DNA of 64,000 nucleotides from Candidatus Eremiobacteria bacterium. GTDB taxonomy: Bacteria > Vulcanimicrobiota > Vulcanimicrobiia > Vulcanimicrobiales > Vulcanimicrobiaceae. Under the pieces are notes generated by a model that was given only the letters and a program-made list of their open reading frames with translations, made no database searches and was not told the origin of the DNA. Positions 1-9,957 of this stretch are shown here, one piece after another; within the stretch, counting starts at the first letter, position 1; each line of letters opens with the position of its first letter. Both the position numbers and the translations under genes were made by a program. The stretch covers positions 192,001-256,000 of the forward strand of contig CAVWUU010000002.1 of NCBI GenBank assembly GCA_963758295.1, in the 5' to 3' direction.

Positions 1-46
1 AAAAATCGACGGACTCGCGCTCGTCCCGTAGGAGGGAACGAGTCGC

Positions 47-322
47 TTAGTCGTCGCCGTCCGAGATACGGCGGCCCGTCGCCTCAACCACCTTGCCGAG
101 CATCGTTACGGCTTCTGCGCGCGTTGCGTTGCTGAACATGTAACGCAAACGTTCGTCCGCGTCTTCAACGATCAGCACGGCGCGGCGTCCCGCACGAACC
201 GCGGCGACGAGCGACGTAAGATACGCTTCGTCTTCCGGGGCCAAGATGTTCGAATCGGCCGTTTCGACCGGGGCTTCGAGCAGACGCTTCAGCACTGCAT
301 CGATGTCGCTAGGAATCTCCAC
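47..322 (-). CDS. hypothetical protein (91 aa)
   Basis: GTG start preceded by GGAGG RBS; natural-looking composition; no family recognised. Confidence 0.65.
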   Translation of the reverse strand: MEIPSDIDAVLKRLLEAPVETADSNILAPEDEAYLTSLVAAVRAGRRAVLIVEDADERLRYMFSNATRAEAVTMLGKVVEATGRRISDGDD

Positions 323-386
323 TGTACCTCCATGGACAATGCGCCGAGGTGCTTAAAAGCAACGCGCCGTTTTGCCTGTGATACAT

Positions 387-944
387 CTATCGGCTAATTC
401 CCGGCACAAGTTCACTCCTCGGACCGCGCAACCAAAGCAAAGCAATCAACGTCTTGGCGTCGTCGATTTGGCCAGTACCCACAAGGCTTTGCGCCTCGTC
501 GAGCGTGAAGGAGCCAACCGTTATCCGCTCGTCTTCGTCGAGATCTTGCTCGCCGCCGGTGAGTGCGGAAGCATGGAAAAAGTGCAACGTCTCCGTGCAG
601 AAACCGGGCGTCATCAGCATCGATCCAAGCGGGCGAATGGAGGCTGCGGTAAAGCCCGTTTCTTCGCGCAGCTCGCGAAGAGCGCCGGCCTCGTGCTCCT
701 CGTTCGGCTCGGAAGACCCAGCCGGAATTTCCCACAGTTCGCGTCCCGCCGCGTGCCTGTATTGCCGGACGAGGACGATGCGGTCGTCGGCGGTCGTTGC
801 GACGATCGCATAGGAGCCCGGATGGTCGACGATGTCCAGGGCATGCGTTTTACCGTCGGGATAGCGCACGTCGTCCGTACGCACCGAAAAGACGCGGCCA
901 CGGTAGATCGCGCGCGACGAAACGACTTCGGGAATTTCGCTCAT
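387..944 (-). CDS. nudF: NUDIX hydrolase, ADP-ribose pyrophosphatase-like
   Basis: Nudix box GSSEPNEEHEAGALRELREETGF; RQYR..WEIPAG and IDDAKT motifs. Confidence 0.85.
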   Translation of the reverse strand: MSEIPEVVSSRAIYRGRVFSVRTDDVRYPDGKTHALDIVDHPGSYAIVATTADDRIVLVRQYRHAAGRELWEIPAGSSEPNEEHEAGALRELREETGFTAASIRPLGSMLMTPGFCTETLHFFHASALTGGEQDLDEDERITVGSFTLDEAQSLVGTGQIDDAKTLIALLWLRGPRSELVPGISR

Positions 945-992
945 GCCGTCTTCTTAACGGAATAGCGCTTCCGCGCCTCGTACCATACCGGC

Positions 993-1190
993 GTGCAACG
1001 CTCATCTGTGCTTGTCGAACTCGGCTGGCTCGCATATTTCTTTGTGCTCTTTGTGGTGCTGGTCTATGTCTTCAATATTTTCGTCGTCCCGCACCACTTC
1101 AACGATAAAGTCGCCGCAGTGCTCGCCGGAATCATCGCCGCCGTCGCCATGATTTTTACGCGCGCCTGGTACTCGCGGCGTACGCGTTAG
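993..1190 (+). CDS. small membrane protein (2 TM)
   Basis: Two hydrophobic stretches; fills the gap immediately upstream of the TrmH gene. Confidence 0.55.
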   Translation: MQRSSVLVELGWLAYFFVLFVVLVYVFNIFVVPHHFNDKVAAVLAGIIAAVAMIFTRAWYSRRTR

Positions 1191-1193
1191 CGC

Positions 1194-1974
1194 GTGCCGA
1201 TAAGAGCCGGCGCGCACGCCGACCGGGTGCAACGAGCGCGCGAATTGCTGACCAATAAAGGGCGGCGCGACCAAGCCCGTTTTGCCTTCGAAGGCCCTAC
1301 GCTGCTGAGCGAAGCGATCGCGAGCCGAGTCGACATCGAAGAAATCTTTGCAACGGAAACCGCGTACGAAGGCAATGCGGACCTAGTAGAACTCGAGCGA
1401 CGCGGCGTGCAAATCGCGATCGTCGACGACCGAACGGCGCGCAAGCTCTCGGATCTGGATACGCCGACCGGGCTGGTCGCCGTCGCACCGGTCCGCTTCG
1501 AGGCTCTCGCCGTTATTTTGGCTTCGCCGTTGAGCTTGGTTCTCGCGGATCTCAACGACCCCGGAAATGCCGGGACGCTCCTACGCTCCGCCGAGGCGTT
1601 CGGCGCCGGTGGCGCGATTTTCGGCCGTTTCGGCGTTGACCCATACCACCCGAAGGTTGTCCGGGGCGCCATGGGCGCAATCTTCCGGCTCCGGATCTGC
1701 GTAGCGGTCCCCGAGGCGGTTGCCGCCGCTGCAGGGGAGGCCGGCACGGGCCTTTACGGACTGACGGCGCAGGGAAGACCCCTCGTGGATATCCATATTA
1801 GGAATCCGGCCGCCGTCGTCGTCGGACACGAGCGTCACGGTCTGGGCACCTGGGATGAAATCTGCGCGCCAGCGCATCGCCATCCCCATGCTCGGGCCCA
1901 CCGAAAGCCTCAATGCGGCAGTGGCCGGATCTATCGCCCTGTACGAGGCCTCCCGCATGGTTCGAAGCGACTAA
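1194..1974 (+). CDS. TrmH/SpoU-family RNA methyltransferase (apparent +1 frameshift near 1868)
   Basis: DPGNAGTLLRSAEAFG and VVGHERHG motifs; the C-terminal motif IPMLGPTESLNAAVAGSIALYE continues in another frame to TAA 1972-1974. Confidence 0.85.
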
Positions 1975-2136
1975 CCGGCCGCAAATATCGGAGAAAAACC
2001 CTCTTTTTGAGGGATGTCAAGAGAGTATTCCGCGCCAAAAAGTCAAGACTACCGGCTCGAAAAGTCGCATGGTAAAATTGCGTCAGTCTAAAGGCGCGAG
2101 CCGGAAATCGACGGCTAGAAGGAGACCTAAGCAAGC

Positions 2137-2238
2137 ATGGCAACCTCCGACCTCTTCTGGAAACTTTTCGCCCAAACGGGCTCCATCAGTGCCTACATTG
2201 CGTATCGAACGGTCAATCCGTCGCCAAGCCGAACCTGA
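2137..2238 (+). CDS. YqzL-like small protein (33 aa, MATSDLFWKLFAQTGSISAYIAYRTVNPSPSRT); absent from ORF track
   Basis: AGAAGGAG RBS upstream; FWxLFxxTGxIxAY pattern typical of YqzL; position upstream of pheS. Confidence 0.7.
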   Translation: MATSDLFWKLFAQTGSISAYIAYRTVNPSPSRT

Positions 2239-2268
2239 CCCTCTCGAAGAAGTCAGAGACCAATCACG

Positions 2269-2316
2269 AAGCGCCCGGTATAGTAGAAACTCCGGGCGCT
2301 TTGCTTTTGCCCTTTT
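2269..2316 (+). terminator. hairpin plus U-rich tract between yqzL-like ORF and pheS (terminator or attenuator candidate)
   Basis: AAGCGCCCGG...CCGGGCGCTT 10-bp stem followed by TGCTTTTGCCCTTTT. Confidence 0.5.
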
Positions 2317-2322
2317 GTGAAG

Positions 2323-3357
2323 ATGAGCGAATTAGGCACCAAACTCGACGACCTCTACGGCCGCTTCTCGGCCGATCTCGAAACCGCGAGCGACGAACGC
2401 GCGCTCGACTCGGTGCGCGTTAGCTTCTTGGGACGCAGCGGCGAGGTGACGAACTTGCGCCGCGGCATCGGTCAACTGCCGGCTGCGGAACGTCCCGGCG
2501 CGGGAAAAGTTATCAACGAAGCGGTGCAGCGTATGGAGAACGCGTTGGAAGACGCGACCTCCGCGCTTGAGATGCGCGCTTTTGAAACGGAGCTTGCCGA
2601 GAAGATCGACGTGACGTTCCCTTCGATCCCCCCGGAGACCGGCACTATTCATCCGGTCCGCCGCGTGTTGCGCGATGCCTGCGCCTACTTCGAGCGCCAC
2701 GGGTTCGCGGTCGTGCTGGGGCCGGAAATTGAACCGGACACGTATGCATTCGATGCGTTGAACATCCCGGCGAGCCACCCGGCACGCGAGGGGTTTGATT
2801 CGTTCTGGATCAATGACACGCTGCTGCTTCGTCCGCATACGTCGCCGATGCAAGTACGCACGATGCAGGCGCACAAGCCGCCGATCGCGGTCGTCGCCCC
2901 GGGCAAATGTTACCGCCGCGACGCGGTGGACGCGCGCCATCTTTTTCAGTTCAACCAGATCGAAGGGTTGCTGGTTGCCGAAGGCATCCACTTCGGCCAT
3001 CTAAAGGGCATGCTTACCGGACTTTGCCGCGAGCTTTTCGGAGCCGACCAGCGGGTGCGTTTCCGTCCGTCGTTCTTCCCGTTCACCGAACCCAGCGCCG
3101 AAGTCGATACGACTTGTCCAAAATGTAAAGCCCAATCGACAAGCTGCAACATGTGCGGCGGATCGGGCTGGATCGAACTCGGCGGCGCCGGCATGGTTCA
3201 TCCGAACGTGTTATCAGAAGCCGGTTATGACCCCGAAGTGTATACGGGCTGGGCGTTCGGCTTCGGAATCGAGCGGCTGGGCCTCACGCGTTACGACATC
3301 GACGATATTCGCCGGTTCGTGGATAGCGATCTCGATTTTCTCCAACAACTCGCCTAA
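2323..3357 (+). CDS. pheS: phenylalanine--tRNA ligase alpha subunit
   Basis: HPAR, LLRPHTSP, FRPSFFPFTEPSAE, GAGMVHP, GFGIERL motifs; alternative GTG start at 2317. Confidence 0.98.
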   Translation: MSELGTKLDDLYGRFSADLETASDERALDSVRVSFLGRSGEVTNLRRGIGQLPAAERPGAGKVINEAVQRMENALEDATSALEMRAFETELAEKIDVTFPSIPPETGTIHPVRRVLRDACAYFERHGFAVVLGPEIEPDTYAFDALNIPASHPAREGFDSFWINDTLLLRPHTSPMQVRTMQAHKPPIAVVAPGKCYRRDAVDARHLFQFNQIEGLLVAEGIHFGHLKGMLTGLCRELFGADQRVRFRPSFFPFTEPSAEVDTTCPKCKAQSTSCNMCGGSGWIELGGAGMVHPNVLSEAGYDPEVYTGWAFGFGIERLGLTRYDIDDIRRFVDSDLDFLQQLA

Positions 3358-3381
3358 CGAAAGCGACTCCGTTTAAATCTC

Positions 3382-5750
3382 ATGCGCGTTCCGATTAGTT
3401 GGCTGCGTGAATACGTCGACTTGCCCGCCGAGTCCCAGACCATTGCCGATCGTTTGGCTTCGCTCGGATTTCCGGTCGAGTCCATCGACTCACGCCCGCA
3501 TATCAGCGGCGTCGTCGTTGGAAAAATCACGTCGATGGAAAAGCATCCGAATGCCGACCGGCTGCAGGTTTGCACCGTCGACGTAGGCGCCAACGAGCCC
3601 CTTACAATTGCCACGGCCGCTACGAACGTTGCCGTAGGCCAGGTCATTCCCGTCGCGGTGATCGGCGCGCAACTGCCACACATTAAAATCGAACGGCGCA
3701 AAATGCGCGGTGTTGAGTCGCAAGGCATGATGTGTTCGGCCGACGAGCTTGCGCTTACCCCGGAGTGGTTCGAAGACGGCATTATGCAGCTCGACGCGGA
3801 TACGCCGCTCGGCGCCGACGTCGTTCAGCTTTTCGGTTTGGGCGACGACGTGCTCGAAGTGGAAGTAACGAGCAACCGTGTCGACGCGATGGCGGTTCTC
3901 GGCCTCGCGCGCGAACTCGCCGCGTCATTCGAAACGCCTTTGCGTTTGCCGTCGTTCGAAAATCCCGGTCGCGATGAAGACCCGCCGAATGCAGCGCCTC
4001 GCGTTACGATAGAAACGCCGGCTTGCACGCGATTCGTCGCGCAGCTTTTCGATGGCGTCACCGTCGCACCCGCGCCGGCTTGGATGCGCATTCGCCTTGC
4101 CTTGGCGGGTCAACGTCCGATCAATAGTCTCGTCGACATTTCGAACTACGTGATGTTCGAGGTCGGCGAACCGCTGCATTTCTACGATGCCGACCGCGTT
4201 ACGAACCACCATCTGATCGTGCGCGACGCGCGTGCAAACGAGACGTTGACCACGCTTGATGGTGAAAAGCACGAGTTGCAGCCACAGTTCGTGACGATCG
4301 CCGACGAACGTGAAGCGCTGGGACTGGCGGGACTTATGGGCGGCGCGAGCAGCGAAGTCCGCGACGCGACGACCGCCATAATTCTCGAGGCGGCGAACTT
4401 TGAAGGCGCACGCATCCGCCGCGCCAGCATGCATCTGGCTTTCCGGACGGAAGCTTCGTCGCGTCACGAAAAGAATCTCGCGCCGGCGCTCAGCGACATG
4501 GCCGCTGCCCGCGCAGCGCAGCTGCTTGTGCAAATCGGCGCTCATGCCTATAGGCCGCATGAGTTCGGCGCTGCGCTCGCCCCGCAATCACCGATCGTGC
4601 TGCGCGTGCGAGACGTGGAACGCCTTTTGGGCCTTTCACTTGAGCCTCGGCGCATTGCCTCGCATTTGGAACGGCTCGGGTGCAGCGTCCGTATCGACGG
4701 CACAGAGATGGCCGTAACGCCGCCCGCATGGCGCCGGGATCTAACCATCGCTGCCGACCTCGTGGAAGAGGTGGCCCGAGTCGAAGGCTACGACAACATC
4801 GAGCCCGTGGAACCGGCGGTTCCGGCGCACGACATCAAAAGCGCGGAGTACGCGCTCGAAAATAACGGTCGCGGATACGCTGGCAGAGTTTGCGTTATAA
4901 CGAAGTGCTCACCTACTCGCTTCACGGCGCACAACTCTTCGAGAAGATCAAGCGTGGCGGCGTTACGCCCAGCCACGGATCGGTCGAAGTACGCAATCCG
5001 CTCTCGGAAGATCAGCGTTACTTGCGTTATGCGCTCGGACCGAGTTTGATCGAATACTTCGAGCGTGCCGGCCGCCCGTGCCGCGTATTTGAAATCGGTC
5101 ACGTGTTCTACAACGAAAACGGGCATATCGCCGAAACGCCGATGCTGACCTTCGGGTTCACTGCAGAACAGCCGGCCGGCGATGCGGCGTGGCACGACAC
5201 GAATTTCCTGCGCCTGAAAGGCGACTGTGAAACGCTGATCCGCCTCGTGTGCGGAATCGAAGTGAAAGCCGTGCCGGACACGCGCGCAGGCTTACATCCG
5301 GGAAAAACGGCAGTGCTTCTGCATGAGGGCCGGGAAATTGCGGCGCTCGGTAAAGTCGATCCGCGAATTGCGAAGTCGTTCGGCGTTGGCTTCCCGGCGT
5401 ATCTTTGCAACATCTACTTGGATAAATTTTGCGAATATAGAACGCCGGGATACAATCCGCCCTCGAAGTATCCCTCAACGTACCGCGACCTGGCCATGGT
5501 CGTCTCGCTCGACGTGACGGCTGAAAAGGTTTCCTCCATCGTTCAACACGCCGTCGGCGATCTTTGCCGAAGCGTGCGCGTCTTCGACGAGTATCGCGGG
5601 CCGCAAATCGGCGAAGACCGGAAGAGCCTTGCCGTTCGCATCGTGATGCAGCGCTTCGACGCTACGATCACCGACGCGGAGGCCGACGAGGCAATCGCGC
5701 GCGCTCTCTCGGAGCTACGCGCAGATGCCGGGGCGACGATTCGCGAATGA
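3382..5750 (+). CDS. pheT: phenylalanine--tRNA ligase beta subunit (frameshift about 4863-4890)
   Basis: HPNADRL, MRGVESQGM, DLVEEVARVEGY, VRNPLSED and C-terminal FDX-ACB domain split over ORFs 3382-5049 and 4890-5750. Confidence 0.95.
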
Positions 5751-6286
5751 GCGGCATCGCGTGGCCGGACATTCTCATCGCGGTGGTGCTGCTCATTGCC
5801 GCCTATAAAGGCTTCACGCGCGGTTTCGTCTCGGAGTTAGCGGGCGCCGTTGCCGTGGTAGCGGCGCTGATTACGCCTTGGTACTATAACGGCGTCTTCG
5901 ATGCGTGGCTGGAAAGCTCCATTCACGTTGGTCCGGGATCCGCGCACGTCATCGGCATGTTTCTTACCGGCTTCATCACCTACGCCATCGTGCTTGCAGC
6001 GTCTTGGGTGTTGAACCGGTTCGCAAAATTGCCGCTCATCAACATCGGCAATTCCCTCGGCGGCGCGATCGTCGGGTTCTTCAAAGGCGCGGTGCTGCTT
6101 TGGCTTGTGCTCTTCGTCGCCTTGTATTTTCCGCTTTCGCCCGACATTCGCAACGATCTGCACCGTTCTTATCTGGCCGGCCCGCTGGTCGCGCCCGACG
6201 CCAACATCGATCGCGCGATTCTCACGACGATTCCATGGTTCGCGCGCCCTTTCTTGAACCCGTATTTTCACCGGCACCACGTGTAA
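5747..6286 (+). CDS. cvpA: CvpA (colicin V production) family membrane protein
   Basis: DILI..YKGFTRGFVSE and LGGAIVGFFKG motifs; ATGA overlap with pheT stop. Confidence 0.85.
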   Translation: MSGIAWPDILIAVVLLIAAYKGFTRGFVSELAGAVAVVAALITPWYYNGVFDAWLESSIHVGPGSAHVIGMFLTGFITYAIVLAASWVLNRFAKLPLINIGNSLGGAIVGFFKGAVLLWLVLFVALYFPLSPDIRNDLHRSYLAGPLVAPDANIDRAILTTIPWFARPFLNPYFHRHHV

Positions 6287-6322
6287 GCGACGATCCCGAA
6301 GCCAATCGAGCTGCGGCGCCGG

Positions 6323-7065
6323 CTACTTGAACCATAGAAAGAGCCCGGCTACCGCCACGAGGCCGATCAACGTTGGACGCAGTACCGCGTGCAATCTCGG
6401 GCTGTTCAATTTCGCAAGAAGATGCGCACCGGCGTAAGCGCCGGCAGCGCTTCCCACCGCTAGTTCCACCGCAAGTTTCCAGTCGACGTCACCCGCGGCT
6501 GCATGCGTTATCGCGCCCGCCACGGCGATGCTCGTGAGTGCGAAGATCGAAGTGCCGATCACGCGCACGGATCGAGCCCAAGCGAAACAAGTCCGGTGAC
6601 GATCGGCGGCGAGCCGCTGATCCCGAATGCGCCGCTCGTTAAACCTCCGAGCAAACCGTAGCCGATACCCGTTGCTCGTTCGTGACGAATTCCTGCCGAC
6701 GGCCGCCGTTTACGAAACATGGCAATTGCCATTTGCACTCCTAGCAGCCCAAGAAACGCACTCAACAATTTCGTGGCAACCGCATTTTCGACGTAGCGAA
6801 TCGCAATAGTGCCGGCGATTGCGCCGAACGGTCCTGCAATCAACAGCGCCAGTCCTTTCGCAACGTCGATGTGCCCGTTTCGCCAGTGCCCGATGGAACC
6901 GAATATTGTTGTAGGAATCACCACCACCAGCGACGTTGCCGCCGCCACGCGTTCCGGGAGCGAAAACAACGCAACGAGCGCAACGACGAACAGCGCGCCG
7001 CCGCCCCCTCCGATCATCGACACTAACGTCCCAATGACGAAGCCGAGAAGAATCGCCGTGAGGAT
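6323..7065 (-). CDS. TauE/SafE (TSUP) family exporter (frameshift about 6567; start codon unclear)
   Basis: GGGGGALF, AAATSL, GAFGISG, VIGTS motifs across ORFs 6559-7179 and 6323-6568. Confidence 0.8.
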
Positions 7066-7069
7066 CGGC

Positions 7070-7699
7070 TTACCTGTTCGTTCCTGGCGCGCAATACGCG
7101 TTGGCCACGTGCAAGGCGCACCAATATTGCTTCGGGACCCCGTACTGGACCATATCGTCCGCGCCCAGTGCTCCGCCAACGCTGCGAATTAAACGCCAAC
7201 CGTGAGCGTTCCATCTGAACAGTGCCTGCCCGCCTCCGGCTCCGTACCAGTCCGCGAGCGCATACGGGCGAGCAACGGCGACATAAGGAACCAGTGGTCC
7301 TTGCATTTGCATTCGAATCGCATCTTGATCCGATATGAGCCCATTGCCGCTGCCGGCGTCGCGCGGGTCGCAATCGTTTGCCGATTTATCGGGCTGAGGC
7401 GCGGGCATTGCTTCCATTAACGCACGCCGGTCTTTAGGCGATGAAACATGAACGTCCAGACGACATCGGAAATCCAGCGACTCCAACGGTTGCCAGCCGA
7501 ACGCAAACTTCTCCAGCAGAATCGGCGCATGGGGCGGAGCTCCCTCGAGATAACCGCCACGAAATAGAACCGTCGCGAACTTTCCCCTTACGTTCACTCG
7601 GACTACATCGCGGGGTTTTGCAGCAACTGCCGCCATAGCCGCTTGTACCGGTGTTGCTGCATAAGACACGGTCGCGCCTAGCAGAAGCGCAGGCAACAC
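7070..7699 (-). CDS. hypothetical secreted protein with Cys-containing C-terminus
   Basis: Signal-peptide-like N-terminus; start overlaps the stop of the upstream aminotransferase. Confidence 0.65.
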   Translation of the reverse strand: MLPALLLGATVSYAATPVQAAMAAVAAKPRDVVRVNVRGKFATVLFRGGYLEGAPPHAPILLEKFAFGWQPLESLDFRCRLDVHVSSPKDRRALMEAMPAPQPDKSANDCDPRDAGSGNGLISDQDAIRMQMQGPLVPYVAVARPYALADWYGAGGGQALFRWNAHGWRLIRSVGGALGADDMVQYGVPKQYWCALHVANAYCAPGTNR

Positions 7700-8886
7700 T
7701 AACCGACGGTTGCCGGAACGGCATCGGCGAATTCGCGACTTGCCGCCGCGACGCCGGCGCCGAACGGAATCGAAACGCCGGTATCTGCAAGCGCCAATTC
7801 GATTGCGCCGATCGCGCCGAGAATGTCGTGCTCATGAATGTCGCCCATCGTACCCATGCGGACGATCTTTCCGGTGAGTTCGCCTTGACCGCCCGAAAGC
7901 ACGACGCCGTACCGTTCGCGCAAGCGCTTTAAAAAAGCGCCTGCATCGACACCGGCAGGCGGTGTAGCGGCGACGACGGTTACCGAGTGCGCGTTACTGC
8001 GCGAGAAGATCTCGAAACCGAGAGCCTCGAACGCACCGCGAATTGCCCGCGCGTTACGCGCGTGGCGTTCCATTTGCGCATCCATCCCGATCTCGTGATA
8101 CTGCGCGAGCGCAACGTCGAGCGCAAAAAAAACCGAAATCGGCGGCGTCCATGCGGTTTGACCCTTCTTGGCAAACTCTCGAGCCTTCAGTAAATCAAAA
8201 TAGAAACGCGGAGATTTGCACGTTTCGACTGCTTTCCAAGCGCGATCGCTAAGCGAAACCATCGCGATACCCGGAGGCGCTGAAAGCGCTTTTTGCGAGG
8301 CCGTGACGACTACGTCGTAGCCCCAGTTGTCCATCTCGAAGGGCGCTGCGCCAAGACCGCTTACCGAATCGACGATCGTAAGAGCGCCGTGATCGTGCAC
8401 GATCGACGCAATCGCCGCCATATCGTTCTGCGAACCGGTCGAAGTTTCGTTATGGGTTAGCAAGACGCCGCGAATCGTACGGCCGGTATCGGCCTTGAGG
8501 CGTTCGGCCAGCGCGGCCGGGTCCAATGCGGCGCCGAGCGGCGTATCGAGCACTTCGACGCTGCAGCCGAAGGTGCGCGCGATTTCGCCCAAGCGCTTTC
8601 CGAAGACGCCGATCGGGCACGAGAGCACGACGTCACCCGGCGAAAAGACGTTTGCGACGGCCGCTTCCAGACCGCCGGTGCCCGAGGCCCCCAGGAACAG
8701 CACGCCTTGACGCGTGCCAAAAATGGGCTGCATGCCGCGCTCTAAACGCGCCAAAAGCTCGGCGAATTCGGGACCGCGGTGATTGATCATGGGTCTCGCC
8801 ATGGCTTCGAGGACCGGCTGGGATACGGGAACGGGACCCGGGAGCAACAGCAGCGTCTTCTTCATGCGCGAGTGTTTCTGCGGCAT
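7699..8886 (-). CDS. class V PLP aminotransferase (alanine-glyoxylate/serine-pyruvate type)
   Basis: LLPGP, HNETSTG, VDSVS, TASQKALSAPPG (PLP Lys), RMGTMG. Confidence 0.92.
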   Translation of the reverse strand: MPQKHSRMKKTLLLLPGPVPVSQPVLEAMARPMINHRGPEFAELLARLERGMQPIFGTRQGVLFLGASGTGGLEAAVANVFSPGDVVLSCPIGVFGKRLGEIARTFGCSVEVLDTPLGAALDPAALAERLKADTGRTIRGVLLTHNETSTGSQNDMAAIASIVHDHGALTIVDSVSGLGAAPFEMDNWGYDVVVTASQKALSAPPGIAMVSLSDRAWKAVETCKSPRFYFDLLKAREFAKKGQTAWTPPISVFFALDVALAQYHEIGMDAQMERHARNARAIRGAFEALGFEIFSRSNAHSVTVVAATPPAGVDAGAFLKRLRERYGVVLSGGQGELTGKIVRMGTMGDIHEHDILGAIGAIELALADTGVSIPFGAGVAAASREFADAVPATVG

Positions 8887-8919
8887 GACCCGTGCGCCTC
8901 GTGTTGTATAGCGGAGAGG

Positions 8920-9957
8920 ATGGAATCAGAAACGCGCGTGCGCTTGACCGCACGTTCGTCGTGCGCCGGTTGAGCAAGTAAACTCGGCTCCGCCGAGCTG
9001 GCGCAGGTCTTGCGCCGCTTGCCCTCAACCGCGAACGACCGGGTCCTGGTCGGCTTCGATACGTCGGACGATGCCGGTGTGTTCATGCTGCGCGATGATT
9101 TGGCGCTGGTGCAAACCGTCGACTTCTTCACGCCGATTGTCGACGATCCGTTCGATTTTGGACGCATCGCCGCGGCAAACGCGCTCTCGGATGTTTATGC
9201 AATGGGCGGCACGCCTGCCTCGGCGCTCAACATCGTAGCATTTCCCGAAGATCTCGATCTTTCGATTCTCGAGCAAATTCTCGGCGGCGGCGCAACCATC
9301 GCACGTGAAGCGGGCGTTGCAATTATCGGCGGACACACGATCAAAGATCCGGAGCCCAAATACGGAATGGCGGTGACCGGAACGATCGATCCGCGCAACA
9401 TCATTACCAATGCCGGCGCGCAACCGGGCGACGTGCTCGTGCTTACGAAACCGCTTGGCACAGGTATCTTAGCTACTGCGCTCAAGCGCGATCGAATCGA
9501 TACGAACGATATGCAACACGCAATCAAGTGGATGACCACGCTGAACGATAAAGCGTCGCGGGCGATGCTCGCGGCCGGAGCACATGCCGCAACGGACATT
9601 ACCGGATTCGGATTGCTCGGACATGCAGGTGAAATCGCACGGGCTTCCGGCGTCCGCCTGCTCATCGATTCGGAAGCCGTTCCGGTAATGCCGTTGGTCG
9701 CTGACCTCATTCGCGAAGGAACGATTCCGGGCGGAACGCGCGACAACGAAGCACTTCACGCCGGGTTTACAACGTTCGATCGCTCCGTAAGCGCGCAGAC
9801 TCGGACGGTCCTTTCGGATGCGCAAACATCAGGCGGCTTGTTGATCGCCGTTCCGCGCGAAAATGCAGCGGCGTTGTTGCACACCCTGCGAGACGCGGGT
9901 GCGCTGGACGCCACGATAGGCGAAGTTCAGGAAGGCGCCGGCATTCTCGTCGCATGA
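8920..9957 (+). CDS. selD: selenide, water dikinase (selenophosphate synthetase), selenocysteine at codon 18 (TGA 8971-8973)
   Basis: GGAGAGG RBS then ATG 8920; MESETRVRLTARSSCAG-U-ASKLG is in frame with the 9010 ORF; SDDAG, QTVDFF, ANALSDVYAMGG, DITGFGLLGH, DAQTSGGLL motifs. Confidence 0.95.
8996..9019 (+). promoter_or_regulatory. SECIS-like hairpin of selD
   Basis: AGC-(bulged T)-GGCGCA GGTCT TGCGCC-GCT; loop begins about 32 nt after UGA; GCAGGTCT core matches the E. coli fdhF SECIS apex. Confidence 0.75.

Noticed and set aside
2040..2316. T-box riboswitch upstream of pheS
   Set aside because: No T-box antiterminator consensus or specifier stem recognised; the region encodes a small ORF
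7699..8886. Class V PLP enzyme next to selD as a selenocysteine lyase or cysteine desulfurase
   Set aside because: Motifs are AGXT/serine-pyruvate type (SQKA, RMGTMG) and no NifS/SufS catalytic Cys loop is visible
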